DNA of 64,000 nt from an uncultured Actinomycetes bacterium (lineage in GTDB: Bacteria; Actinomycetota; Thermoleophilia; Gaiellales; Gaiellaceae), in contig CAVYBK010000001.1 in NCBI GenBank assembly GCA_963766725.1, forward strand, positions 87,822 to 151,821. Reading direction: 5' to 3'. This document shows positions 19,418 through 28,248 of this stretch, in pieces. The notes beneath the pieces were generated by a model. The model did not search any database. It was given only the letters and a program-made list of their open reading frames with translations, and had not been told where the DNA came from. The translations under genes were made by a program, and so were the position numbers. Position 1 is the first letter of the stretch, and each line of letters opens with the position of its first letter.

Positions 19418-20157
19418 TCAGGTCACGGGGATTCGCAGTGCAGCGCGCCCGCAGACCGGATCGGGGTTCAGACAGTGGTCGTTTCCGTCCCCGCCATCGT
19501 TCGTGTTCGCCCCAGTTCCGCCGTTGAGGTCGTCCGCACCGGGCCCGCCGAAGATCGTGTCGCCTCCGCCCCGGCCGACGCCGGTGTCGTTTCCCTTGCC
19601 GAGCTTGAGGACATTGTCGTCTTCGTTGCCCTTGATCACGTCGCCGAACTTCGAGCCGACGACGTCCAGGACGGCGTAGAGGAGGTCGGTACCGAAGCCG
19701 TTGGCCTGTCCGCTTTCGAGGTCGATGTTCATCGGCCCGGGGCGTTCTCGTAGTGGACCCACTCGTGGCCTCCGGTGCCGCCTCCGCTGACGACGTCGTT
19801 TCCGGCCCCCGGCCAGAAGGAGTCGACCGAAGGGCCGCCGTAGAGCCAGTCGTCGCCGGCGCCCCCCTTGAGCACGTTGCGCCCGCTGCCCCCGTCGAGC
19901 TTGTCGACGCCGGCGCCCGCGACGAGCTTGTCGTCCCCGCCGTTGCCGCAGATCCGGTCGTCGCCTCCGAGGCTCGAGATCGTGTCGTTCCCGCCCAGCC
20001 CGAGAATGACGTCGCGGCCGCTCGTTCCGCGAATGTGGTCGTTGTGCTTCGTGCCGACGACTGTCGCGGGGAGGCCCTGGCAGCTGGCCGCCGCAGCGGC
20101 GCCGGCATTTGCGAGCAGCGCGCCTCCGACCAGCGCGGCGACGAGCAAGGTACGCAT
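19418..20157 (-). pseudogene. secreted calcium-binding protein with hemolysin-type GGxGxD repeats, frameshifted near 19740
   Basis: Signal peptide MRTLLVAALVGG. Repeats GGNDTI, GGDDRI, GGDDKL, GAGDDWL, GAGNDVV. The ORF stops at ...ENAPGR*, but the sequence continues as PMNIDLESG...GGGDTIFGGPGADDLNGG in another frame. Confidence 0.7.
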
Positions 20158-20204
20158 GCTCGCAGCGTAGGCCCGCCGACCGGATGCGCTATCCACCGAA
20201 CGGG

Positions 20205-21590
20205 TCACGCGGGGAGGCGCAGCGTGAACCGCGTGCCGCGCCCGACCTCGCTCCAGACCTCGATGTCTCCGCCGAGCAGGCGCGCGTTCTCGATCGCGAT
20301 CGCGAGCCCGAGCCCGCTTCCCGGGCCGGCGCGCGCGGTGTCCGCCTTGTAGAAGCGGTCGAAGACGTGCGGCAGCCGGTCGGGCGGGATGCCGGCCCCC
20401 CGGTCGCTCACCTCGAGGAACGCGCCGACTCCGTCGCGCCCGACGCTCGCAGTGACCTCGCGGCCTCCGTGCTCGAGCGCATTGCCGATCAGGTTCGACG
20501 CGATCCGCTCGAGGCGGCGATGGTCCGACTGCAGGACGACCTCGTCTCCTTCGACTCGCACCCGGTCCTCCCAGGCGCGCGAGCGCACGGCGGAGCGGAC
20601 GAGCGAGGCCAGGTCGACCCGCTCGTCTCGCACCTTCGCCTCGCCCGCATCGAGACGCGAGATCTCCATCAGATCCTCGACGAGGTCCCGGAGCCGGGCG
20701 ACGTCGTTCACCAGGAGCTCGGCAGGGCGACGCGCCTCTGGAGGCATGCGGTCGAGCTGCTCGGCCAGGAGCGACGCTTCGGCGACGAGGGCCGTGAGGG
20801 GGGTGCGGAGCTCGTGGGAGACGTCGGAGGTGAAGCGCCGCTCCCGCGCCTGAGCCTCCGAGAGGGCGCGGATCTTCCCCTCGAGCGCCTCCGCCATCTC
20901 GTTGAAGGATGCGGCCCAGACGCCGAACTCGTCCCCGGACTCGACCGGAAGACGGGTCTCGAGCAAGCCTTCGGCCAGAGAGTGCGCCGCCTGGCTCGCT
21001 CTCCCGACGGGCGCGAGGATCCGCCTCGCCAGGAGCGCGCCGACGAGCGCGCCGAGGAGCGCGACGACTCCCAACGCGGCGAGGAGGACGTTGCGGAGCT
21101 GGGCGAGCTCGTCCCAGAGCCGCTCCTCCGAGTAGAAGTAGTAGAGCTCGGTGTCGGCCTTCTTCACCTGGCCGCCGACGACGAGGTAGGGCGTTCCGCC
21201 GACGTCGACACGCTCGTAGCCGAGCTTGCCCGACGCCACGAGCTCGCGCAGGGCCGGCGGCACCTCCTGGATGCTCAGCGACACGGTCGAGGAGAAGCGG
21301 CGCGGCCCGGCGGTCCCCACGGTCTCGAAGCCGCCGCGGCGCTCGTACGCGGCGAGCAGCTGGCCGATCTCCTGCGTGCTCGGGTTCGGCGTGAGCGTCT
21401 CGTTGGCGAGGACGAGGTTGAAGCGGCTCTGCTCGACCGACCGGTCGACCGAATCGGAGAGGCGCGCCTCCCGGACGATGGCGTACGAGGCGACCGTGAG
21501 CGCCGCAGCCGACAGGCCCGCGACGAGCAGGAAGGCGATCGTGAGGCGCCGTCGCAGTGATCCCGGCCGGATCGCGGGTCGGTCGGGCAA
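20205..21590 (-). CDS. sensor histidine kinase (MtrB-like: two TM helices, HAMP, HisKA, HATPase)
   Basis: H-box FTSDVSHELRTPLT, N-box NLIGNALEH, G-boxes DRGAGI and GSGLGLAI. Confidence 0.9.
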   Translation of the reverse strand: MPDRPAIRPGSLRRRLTIAFLLVAGLSAAALTVASYAIVREARLSDSVDRSVEQSRFNLVLANETLTPNPSTQEIGQLLAAYERRGGFETVGTAGPRRFSSTVSLSIQEVPPALRELVASGKLGYERVDVGGTPYLVVGGQVKKADTELYYFYSEERLWDELAQLRNVLLAALGVVALLGALVGALLARRILAPVGRASQAAHSLAEGLLETRLPVESGDEFGVWAASFNEMAEALEGKIRALSEAQARERRFTSDVSHELRTPLTALVAEASLLAEQLDRMPPEARRPAELLVNDVARLRDLVEDLMEISRLDAGEAKVRDERVDLASLVRSAVRSRAWEDRVRVEGDEVVLQSDHRRLERIASNLIGNALEHGGREVTASVGRDGVGAFLEVSDRGAGIPPDRLPHVFDRFYKADTARAGPGSGLGLAIAIENARLLGGDIEVWSEVGRGTRFTLRLPA

Positions 21591-21593
21591 CGC

Positions 21594-22274
21594 CTACTCC
21601 GCGTCGAAGCGGTAGCCGACTCCCCGCACGGTCTTCACGTGCTTCGGCTCCTTCGGATCGTCCTCGACCTTGGCGCGGAGGCGCTGGACGGCCACGTCCA
21701 CGAGGCGCGAGTCGCCGAGGTATTCGTAGTTCCAGACCCGTTCGAGGAGAAGCTCGCGCGTGAAGACCTGCCCGGGCCGCCGCGCGATCTCGAGCAGGAG
21801 CTTGAACTCGGTCACGGTCAGGTTGACCTCCTCGCCGTTCTTCCGCGCGACGAAGGCGGCCGGGTCGATCTCCAGGTCTCCGCGCGTGAGGACGGGATCC
21901 TCCGGGACCGCCGACGCGCGCCGGAGGGCCGCCCTGGCCCGTGCGACCAGCTCGGGGAGCTCGAACGGCTTCGTCACGTAGTCGTCGGCTCCCAGCTCGA
22001 GCCCGACGACGACGTCCACGGTGTCGCTCTTCGCCGAGAGCATGATGATCGGCACCCGGCTCTCGGCCCTGATCTGCCGGCAGACCTCGTACCCGTCGAG
22101 CTCGGGGAGCATGATGTCGAGGACGACGAGGTCGAAGCGCTGGTTCCGGAACTGGATGAGGCCGTCCCTGCCGTCCCCGGATGTCGTCACCCGGAAGCCC
22201 GCCTGCGAAAGCCCCAGGCCCGCCACCTCGCGGATCGACGGATCGTCCTCGACGAGCAGTACGCGTTCGTCCAT
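21594..22274 (-). CDS. OmpR-family response regulator (MtrA-like)
   Basis: Receiver domain DLVVLDIMLP, KPF, and a winged-helix LT.TEF.LL...VRGVGYRF. Confidence 0.95.
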   Translation of the reverse strand: MDERVLLVEDDPSIREVAGLGLSQAGFRVTTSGDGRDGLIQFRNQRFDLVVLDIMLPELDGYEVCRQIRAESRVPIIMLSAKSDTVDVVVGLELGADDYVTKPFELPELVARARAALRRASAVPEDPVLTRGDLEIDPAAFVARKNGEEVNLTVTEFKLLLEIARRPGQVFTRELLLERVWNYEYLGDSRLVDVAVQRLRAKVEDDPKEPKHVKTVRGVGYRFDAE

Positions 22275-22324
22275 GCTTTCATCCTGACGGACGGAAGGGT
22301 CGGATTCCTGATCGAGAGGCTTGG

Positions 22325-22330
22325 TAGCCT
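22325..22330 (+). promoter_or_regulatory. putative -10 box (tagcct) for leaderless mrp mRNA
   Basis: 7 nt upstream of GTG 22338. Confidence 0.4.
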
Positions 22331-22337
22331 TGATTCC

Positions 22338-23438
22338 GTGGGGGTTTCGCGCGAAGAAGTACTGAAGGCGCTCGAGGGCGTCATCGACCCGGAGCTCGGC
22401 CGTTCGGTCGTCGAGCTCGACATGGTGCGCGACATCGAGATCGACGGTGGGCGCGTCGACGTCACCATTGCGTTGACCGTCCCCGGCTGTCCGCTTCGGG
22501 CCAGTTTCGAGGAGCAGGTGCAGACCGCACTCGCGCCGGTCGCGGGTGTCGAGTCGATCGGCCTCGGCTTCGACGTCATGTCCCCGGAGGAGAAGACCGC
22601 GCTGACGGATCGCCTGCGCGGCGGCGTCACCGAGCGCACGCCCGGGATCTCGGTCGGTGCATCCACGCGGGTGATCGCGGTGGCGAGCGGCAAGGGAGGC
22701 GTGGGCAAGTCGTCCCTGACCGCGAATCTGGCAACGGCGTTTGCGGGGCTCGGGCACAAGACCGGCGTTCTCGACGCCGACGTCTACGGGTACTCGATTC
22801 CGACGATGCTCGGGATCAGCCAGCGTCCGGTGGCGGTGGACAAGATGATCGTCCCGCCGGTGAAGGGCGACCTGAAGGTCATGTCCATCGGCTTCTTCCT
22901 CGACGAGAACACGCCGATCATGTGGCGCGGGCCAATGCTGCACCGGGCGCTCGAGCAGTTTCTTACGGACGTCCACTGGGGCGACCTCGACACGCTCGTG
23001 GTCGACATGCCGCCCGGGACGGGGGACGTGGCCATCTCGCTCGGGCAGCTTCTGCCGCGCGCCGAGGCGGTCGTCGTCACCACTCCGCACCGCGCGGCGC
23101 AGCAGGTCGCCGTGCGCGCCGCGCAGATGGCGCGGAAGACGAACATGCGCCTCCTCGGCGTCGTCGAGAACATGTCCTATCTCGCCGGGTCGGGCGACGA
23201 GCTCTTCGGCTCCGGCGGCGGAGAGGCGCTCTCCCGCGAGGTCGAGGCGCCCCTGCTCGGCAGGATCCCGTTCGACCCGCGCCTCGGCGCCCGGTCGGAC
23301 GAGGGGGAGGCGATCGTCGAGACCGATCCGGAGACGGAGGTCTCGCAGGCGATCGTCGCCCTCGCCCAGGCGATCGCGTCCACCAAGCGCGAGCAGGGAG
23401 TAGGCATCCTGAAGCCCCTTCCGCTCGTCTCGGCCTGA
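22338..23438 (+). CDS. apbC: Fe-S cluster carrier ATPase Mrp/ApbC with N-terminal DUF59 domain
   Basis: DPELG DUF59 block, deviant Walker A SGKGGVGKS, DMPPGTGD, VENMS. Confidence 0.9.
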   Translation: MGVSREEVLKALEGVIDPELGRSVVELDMVRDIEIDGGRVDVTIALTVPGCPLRASFEEQVQTALAPVAGVESIGLGFDVMSPEEKTALTDRLRGGVTERTPGISVGASTRVIAVASGKGGVGKSSLTANLATAFAGLGHKTGVLDADVYGYSIPTMLGISQRPVAVDKMIVPPVKGDLKVMSIGFFLDENTPIMWRGPMLHRALEQFLTDVHWGDLDTLVVDMPPGTGDVAISLGQLLPRAEAVVVTTPHRAAQQVAVRAAQMARKTNMRLLGVVENMSYLAGSGDELFGSGGGEALSREVEAPLLGRIPFDPRLGARSDEGEAIVETDPETEVSQAIVALAQAIASTKREQGVGILKPLPLVSA

Positions 23439-24163
23439 ACGCGTACGACCGCCTGCGCGGGCTCGGCTTCTCGGAAGCCGACGCACGGACGCTCGCGGAC
23501 CACTTCGAGGAGGCCGACCGCCGCAACCGCCCGGGGCACGGGACCTCGCGCCTCGACTGGCTCGCCGAGCTGCCCGACCTCGATCCAACCGCCGCGCCGC
23601 AGCGCGCCGTCGTCGAGCACGGCTACGAGCGCTGGGAGGGAAACGGCGCACTCGGCTATCTCGTTCTGGCGCGGATCGTCGAGTCGCAGCTCTTCGACCC
23701 GCCTGCCCGCGCACGCCTCATCGTCGCCTCGAAATGCTTTCCGACGGGCTACCTCGGCTACTGGGTGGGGAAGCTCGCGGCGAAGGGGCTCGTCGCGGCG
23801 CTGACGGCCACCTCGCCGCCGCGGCTCGCTCACCCGGAAGGGGGCGAGCCACTGGCCGGCACGAACCCCCTCGCCATTGCCGTGCCGAGCTCCGACGGGC
23901 GCCCCCTGGTCGCGGACGTGTCCATGGGGAAGGTGACCTACGGCGACGTCCTCGTGGGCGCGGCTCCGCCCGAGGAGCTCGTCCCCTTCGGCGACGAGCA
24001 GGCACACAAGGCCTTCGCTCTCGCCGTCGGGCTGCACATGCTCGTCTCGTCCCTCGCCGGGGAGGAGCACGGCGCGGTCATGCTCGTCGCGCGGCCCGAG
24101 CACGACCCCGTGCCCGGCCTGCGGGCCCGCGCCGGAGGCGTCAGACTTCCGGGCGATGGCTAG
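23435..24163 (+). CDS. Ldh2 (malate/L-lactate dehydrogenase 2) family protein, short; start codon unresolved (CTG at 23435?)
   Basis: GHGTSRL, GTNPLAIAVP, DVSMGKV, HKAFALAVGL blocks. No ATG/GTG/TTG lies between the upstream frame limit and these motifs. Confidence 0.55.
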   Translation: MNAYDRLRGLGFSEADARTLADHFEEADRRNRPGHGTSRLDWLAELPDLDPTAAPQRAVVEHGYERWEGNGALGYLVLARIVESQLFDPPARARLIVASKCFPTGYLGYWVGKLAAKGLVAALTATSPPRLAHPEGGEPLAGTNPLAIAVPSSDGRPLVADVSMGKVTYGDVLVGAAPPEELVPFGDEQAHKAFALAVGLHMLVSSLAGEEHGAVMLVARPEHDPVPGLRARAGGVRLPGDG

Positions 24164-24647
24164 CGAGCTCGGGCCGGTCCTCGAGGCGCTCTACAAGGGC
24201 GAGCGCGATCGTGCCGGAGAGCTCGCCGCCGAGGCCGGGTCGCTGAACGTCTTCGAGGCCGCCGCGTTGGGCGACGCCGAGCGGCTCGAAGAGCTGCTTC
24301 GCGAGGACTCGCGGCTCGCGAAGGTGCCGAGTCCTGACGGGTTCACCGCCCTCCACTACGCGGCGTTCTTCGGTTCGCCCGACGCCGTGCGCGCCCTGGT
24401 CGCTGCAGGCGCCGACCTCGAGGCCCGGTCGACGAACCAGGAGTTCGCGCCCGAGGCGACGCCGCTCCACAGCGCCGTGGCCGCCGGGCGGATGGACAAC
24501 GCGGAGGCCCTGCTCGAGGCGGGCGCCGACCCGAACGCACGCCAGCACGGCGGCTTCACGCCGCTGATGGAGGCCGAGCAGCGCGGTGACCTCGACCTGG
24601 CCGAGCTCCTCATTCAGCACGGCGCTTACGCCGGCGGCGGCGCCTAG
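24156..24647 (+). CDS. ankyrin-repeat protein
   Basis: GFTALHYAAFFG..DAVRALVAAGADL and TPLH.AV..G....E.LLEAGADPN repeats. Overlaps the upstream gene by 8 nt. Confidence 0.8.
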   Translation: MASELGPVLEALYKGERDRAGELAAEAGSLNVFEAAALGDAERLEELLREDSRLAKVPSPDGFTALHYAAFFGSPDAVRALVAAGADLEARSTNQEFAPEATPLHSAVAAGRMDNAEALLEAGADPNARQHGGFTPLMEAEQRGDLDLAELLIQHGAYAGGGA

Positions 24648-25487
24648 GGGAGCTTGCGTAGCTCGCGCGAGGACGACGGGGTCGATGCGGTCGATCCCCT
24701 TCACGCGTTCTTCGAGGTTCTCCGTGCCCGCCCAGTCGAGGAAGGCGCGCTCGAGGTCCTCGCCTCCGTAGCCGAGCGCGTCGAGCCGCTCTCGGAGCTC
24801 GAGTGCGATCTGCTCGTCCACGTCGAGCCACTCCTCGTCGGGTGTCTCGCCGAAGAGGAGGTCGTGCATGGCGTAGATCCGGCGAAGCTCCTCGATCGGC
24901 GTGGGGTGATCGTCGACGCGCAGATCGGCAACCGCGTCCGTCGTGCCCATGTAGCCGCCGTCCTTGCGGACGACGAGGAGCGCGGCCGACTGCTGCCCCC
25001 GGCGGTCGCCTCCCGCTGCCTGCGCTGCCGTGAGCGCGTCGAGGAGGCGTTCGGCGAGCGGCTTGCCGGCCGTTGTCTCGAACGTTCGCCCGAGGGCGGT
25101 GACCGTCTCCTCCGAGACGAGGATGTTGCCCTGGGCCGCGTAGCCCTCGCCGGTGATCCCCCCTGCCCAGTCGAGGCAGCTCTGCCCCGTGTAGGTCGCC
25201 GCGCGACCCTGGGCGTCGACGACGCCGAGCTGCCGGTCGGCGCGGCCTTCGTCGGCCTCGGTCAGGCGCTGGACGACCTCCTCGGCGGAAAGCCCCTGGC
25301 GCAGGAGCGCCAGCCCGTCGGGCCCGTAGCGCATGTTCGCAAGCGCCTGGGTGGCAACCGCGCCGACGTGGGGCTCCGCCGCGGGGACGCCGGCGCCCAC
25401 GGCGAGGAACTTCGACTGCACCGCCACTCCCCACTCGGCCGCCTCGAGGTCGCAGGCGACGATCGAGTAGGTGGAGGGTTTAGCCAT
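24644..25487 (-). pseudogene. DUF1028 (Ntn-hydrolase-like) protein with C-terminal PG-binding-like domain, apparent 1-nt insertion near 24667
   Basis: STYSIVACD N-terminus typical of DUF1028. After ...IDPVVL the frame as given runs on antisense through the ankyrin gene. Skipping one nt gives RELRKLP*, with the stop at 24644-24646. Confidence 0.7.
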
Positions 25488-25761
25488 ATTTGAGTTGGCG
25501 GAAGTCGAGCTCGCGCAGCTCGCGCTGCTCCGGCGGGACGAGCACGCAGGCGACCTCCGGGCGTTCGAGCGCCGCGCGTACCGCCTCGGCCGTCGCGGCG
25601 CGGACGACCACCGGGACTCCCTTTGCGTGTGCCTCCTCGAGGCGGCCCACGTCATCCACCCCGTCGACGACGAGCGCGTCGTCGAGCGGGATGTCGTCCT
25701 CGCCCTCGACCGCGATTTCCGGGACGCGCCGCCCCGTTGCGCCGAACCAGCGCTCCCTCAC
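25480..25761 (-). CDS. hypothetical 93-aa acidic protein
   Basis: GTG overlaps the MBL-hydrolase stop (GTGA), and its stop overlaps the DUF1028 start by 8 nt. No motif recognised. Confidence 0.45.
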   Translation of the reverse strand: MRERWFGATGRRVPEIAVEGEDDIPLDDALVVDGVDDVGRLEEAHAKGVPVVVRAATAEAVRAALERPEVACVLVPPEQRELRELDFRQLKYG

Positions 25762-26453
25762 AGCTCGTACGTCGCCCCGGGCGCGATGTCGACGATCTCG
25801 CAGTTGGTCGTCAGCGCCTCGCGGCAGGCCTCGGGGGTTCCGGTCAGGAGCGGGAAGGTCCCGTAGTGGCACGGGACGCAGCGGCCGACGCCGAGGAGCT
25901 CGAGCGCCACGGCGGCCTCCTTCGGCCCCATCGTGTAGTGGTCGCCGATCGGCAGCACAGCGAGGTCGGGCTCGTAGATCCGGCCGATGAGCTGCATGTC
26001 GCCGAAGACGCACGTGTCGCCGGCGAAGTAGATCTTCTTGCCGTCCTCCAGCTCGAGGATGAGGCCCGCAGGCTCTCCGAGGTACTGGAGATCGTTCGAG
26101 CTCGAGGAGTGGAAGGCGTGCGTGAGGGTGATCTTCACGCCCTCCTTCTCGATCGTGCCGCCCTTGTTTCCGCCCTCGGACGCGTCGTCCGGAAGGCCTT
26201 GCCCGGTGAGCCAGTCGCGTAGCTCGATCATCGCGACGACCGGGCACCCGAAGCGCTTGGCAAGCTCGACGGTCGAGCCGACGTGGTCCGAGTGGCCGTG
26301 CGTGAGTGCGATCAGGTCGACGCGCTCGGGCTCCTTCTCGGACTCGGGGCACTTCGGGTTTTCGAGCCAGGGGTCGATGTAGACGCGCTTGCCTCCGGGC
26401 GTGTCGAGCCTGAAGGTCGCGTGACCGAGCCAGGTCAGTGAGCCGTTTGCCAT
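25758..26453 (-). CDS. metal-dependent hydrolase, MBL fold (UPF0173 family)
   Basis: LTHGHSDH motif, GDT, and a C-terminal CHYGTF. GGAGGAGGA Shine-Dalgarno sequence upstream. Confidence 0.85.
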   Translation of the reverse strand: MANGSLTWLGHATFRLDTPGGKRVYIDPWLENPKCPESEKEPERVDLIALTHGHSDHVGSTVELAKRFGCPVVAMIELRDWLTGQGLPDDASEGGNKGGTIEKEGVKITLTHAFHSSSSNDLQYLGEPAGLILELEDGKKIYFAGDTCVFGDMQLIGRIYEPDLAVLPIGDHYTMGPKEAAVALELLGVGRCVPCHYGTFPLLTGTPEACREALTTNCEIVDIAPGATYEL

Positions 26454-26522
26454 CTTCCTCCTCCGGGTCGCTGGGTCGAGCGTAACGAAGGACTTCTTGC
26501 CGCGGGCGCGAACCCGGAAAAC

Positions 26523-26957
26523 ATGTGGGAGTCCCGTACGGGCGCCTCGGCCATGGCGGTGGAGCTCGCCGCCGTCCTCATCCTCGCCACCGCCGTCTCC
26601 GACGCGTTCGGGTTCGCCTCGATCTCCTTCTACCTGCTCGTTCTCGGGGTCCCGATCACGGCCGCGGCCGGCCTCGTCTGCTTCGCGCGGGTCGTGGACG
26701 CGGTGAACGGCGGGCGCATGGACGCGCTCGGCCGGCTGCAGGCGACGCTCTCAGCTCTCCTCGTCGCCGGAATCGTCATCGGCGCCGCCGTGCGCGAGCC
26801 CTTCATCGCGGCGGGCACGGTTCCGCCGGAGGCGAGCGGCGTGCTCGCGCTCTGCTTCGCGCTCCTCGTCCTGCAGGCGCTGATCGCGCTCGTCCCGTCT
26901 AGGCCAGGCCGCGAAGAACGAAGGCCCGCACGGCCTCACTCTTCCCTTTCACGCTGA
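26523..26957 (+). CDS. hypothetical integral membrane protein (about 4 TM helices); start may be ATG 26553
   Basis: The hydrophobic segments are consistent. The 3' end overlaps the convergent cyclase gene by 59 nt. Confidence 0.5.
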   Translation: MWESRTGASAMAVELAAVLILATAVSDAFGFASISFYLLVLGVPITAAAGLVCFARVVDAVNGGRMDALGRLQATLSALLVAGIVIGAAVREPFIAAGTVPPEASGVLALCFALLVLQALIALVPSRPGREERRPARPHSSLSR

Positions 26958-28248
26958 GCGGCTCGAGCTCCTCGACGTCGGCTCGGCTCGCGAGACCCGC
27001 GTAGGTCGTCTCCGACACGACCACCTCGCCCGCTCGGGCCTGGCCTTCGAGGCGCGAGGCGAGGTTGACGGTGTCGCCCGTGGCCGTGTAGCCGCGCTTC
27101 CCCGGGGCATCGATGACGCCGAGGACGGCGTCGCCCGAGTTCACGCCGGCCCGGAAGCGGGGCCAGCCCGGGTGCGCGTCCGCGATCCGGGTCATCTCGC
27201 GCTGGAACTCGAGGCCTGTGCGTCCTGCACGAAGCTCGTGCTCGGGCCCGCGGAAGACGACCATGAGCGCGTCGCCGATGGTGTTGTAGAGCTCGCCACC
27301 GTGTGCCTGGAGAACTGCGGCCGCGGTCGGAAAGTACGTGTCCAGCATTGCCTTGATCTCGGGCTCCGGAGTCCGCTCCGAGAACGCGGTGTAGCCCTGC
27401 ATGTCGGCGAAGAGGACGCTGACCTCCTCCAGGTGGCCGCGCGTCTGCTCCTCGTAGATGTCGCTGAAGATCTCCGCCGAGGAGCCTTCGAGCCGCCATT
27501 CGCGCCGCGCGGCGAGGCCGACCACCCCGAACGCGACGAGCATGAGGAGGTGCCATTCCCACCACGTGGTCTCCCAGTTGCGTGCAAAGGCGACCGCGAA
27601 CATGGCCTCCGAGAGCAGGACGAGCGCGACGAGGATCGCGAGCGGGAGCGGACGCCTTCGCTCGCGGTAGAGCTTCCAGTAGCGCCAGACGCCGAAGCCG
27701 TAGGCGAGAAGCCCGACCACGGCGAGCGCGGCGAGCGGCCCGCGGGTGTCCTCGGGGGTGACGGGGTCGTCGAGCGGCGGCAGGGTCGAGAGCGACACGG
27801 CCGCCCAGGCAGCCATGTGCAGGATGAGCAGCCCGTAGATGACTCCGCGGTAGCGGACGAGGAACGCAGAGGTCTCGGGGTGGAAACGGACTGCCGAGGC
27901 GGCCGCGAAGAGCCCCGCTTCGAGGAGGCCGATCGCCGAGGCGATCTGGAAGCCGGCGTTCTTCCCGGCGAGCAGGACTCCCGGCGTGGCGAGCGCGTGC
28001 AGGACGAGGTAGCCGGAGGTGGCGAGAAACGCAAGCCCGATCAGGAGCACGCGGGCGTCGGCGCGCCGCGCGGCCGCCTCGGCGAGCAGGAAGCCGAGCG
28101 CGAAGGAGAGGGCGCCGACCAGCACGACGAGCCAGAAGTGCGCCGGATGGTTCTCCCAGATGAGGTCGTAGCTCGGCTCGGCGAGCAGGACGAGCAGGCC
28201 CACGAGCGGGATGACGCAGAGCGCGCCCCAGCCCGCGAGCCGCCTCAC
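26899..28248 (-). CDS. class III adenylate/guanylate cyclase with multi-TM N-terminal domain
   Basis: VLFADMQGYT, IGDALMVVF, GVNSG....GVIG, YTATGDTVNLASRLE. Confidence 0.9.
   Translation of the reverse strand: MRRLAGWGALCVIPLVGLLVLLAEPSYDLIWENHPAHFWLVVLVGALSFALGFLLAEAAARRADARVLLIGLAFLATSGYLVLHALATPGVLLAGKNAGFQIASAIGLLEAGLFAAASAVRFHPETSAFLVRYRGVIYGLLILHMAAWAAVSLSTLPPLDDPVTPEDTRGPLAALAVVGLLAYGFGVWRYWKLYRERRRPLPLAILVALVLLSEAMFAVAFARNWETTWWEWHLLMLVAFGVVGLAARREWRLEGSSAEIFSDIYEEQTRGHLEEVSVLFADMQGYTAFSERTPEPEIKAMLDTYFPTAAAVLQAHGGELYNTIGDALMVVFRGPEHELRAGRTGLEFQREMTRIADAHPGWPRFRAGVNSGDAVLGVIDAPGKRGYTATGDTVNLASRLEGQARAGEVVVSETTYAGLASRADVEELEPLSVKGKSEAVRAFVLRGLA

Noticed and set aside
19418-20208. Periodic DNA pattern in the Ca-binding protein gene as a non-coding tandem repeat.
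   Set aside because: The periodicity corresponds to coding GGxGxD nonapeptide repeats in a secreted protein.
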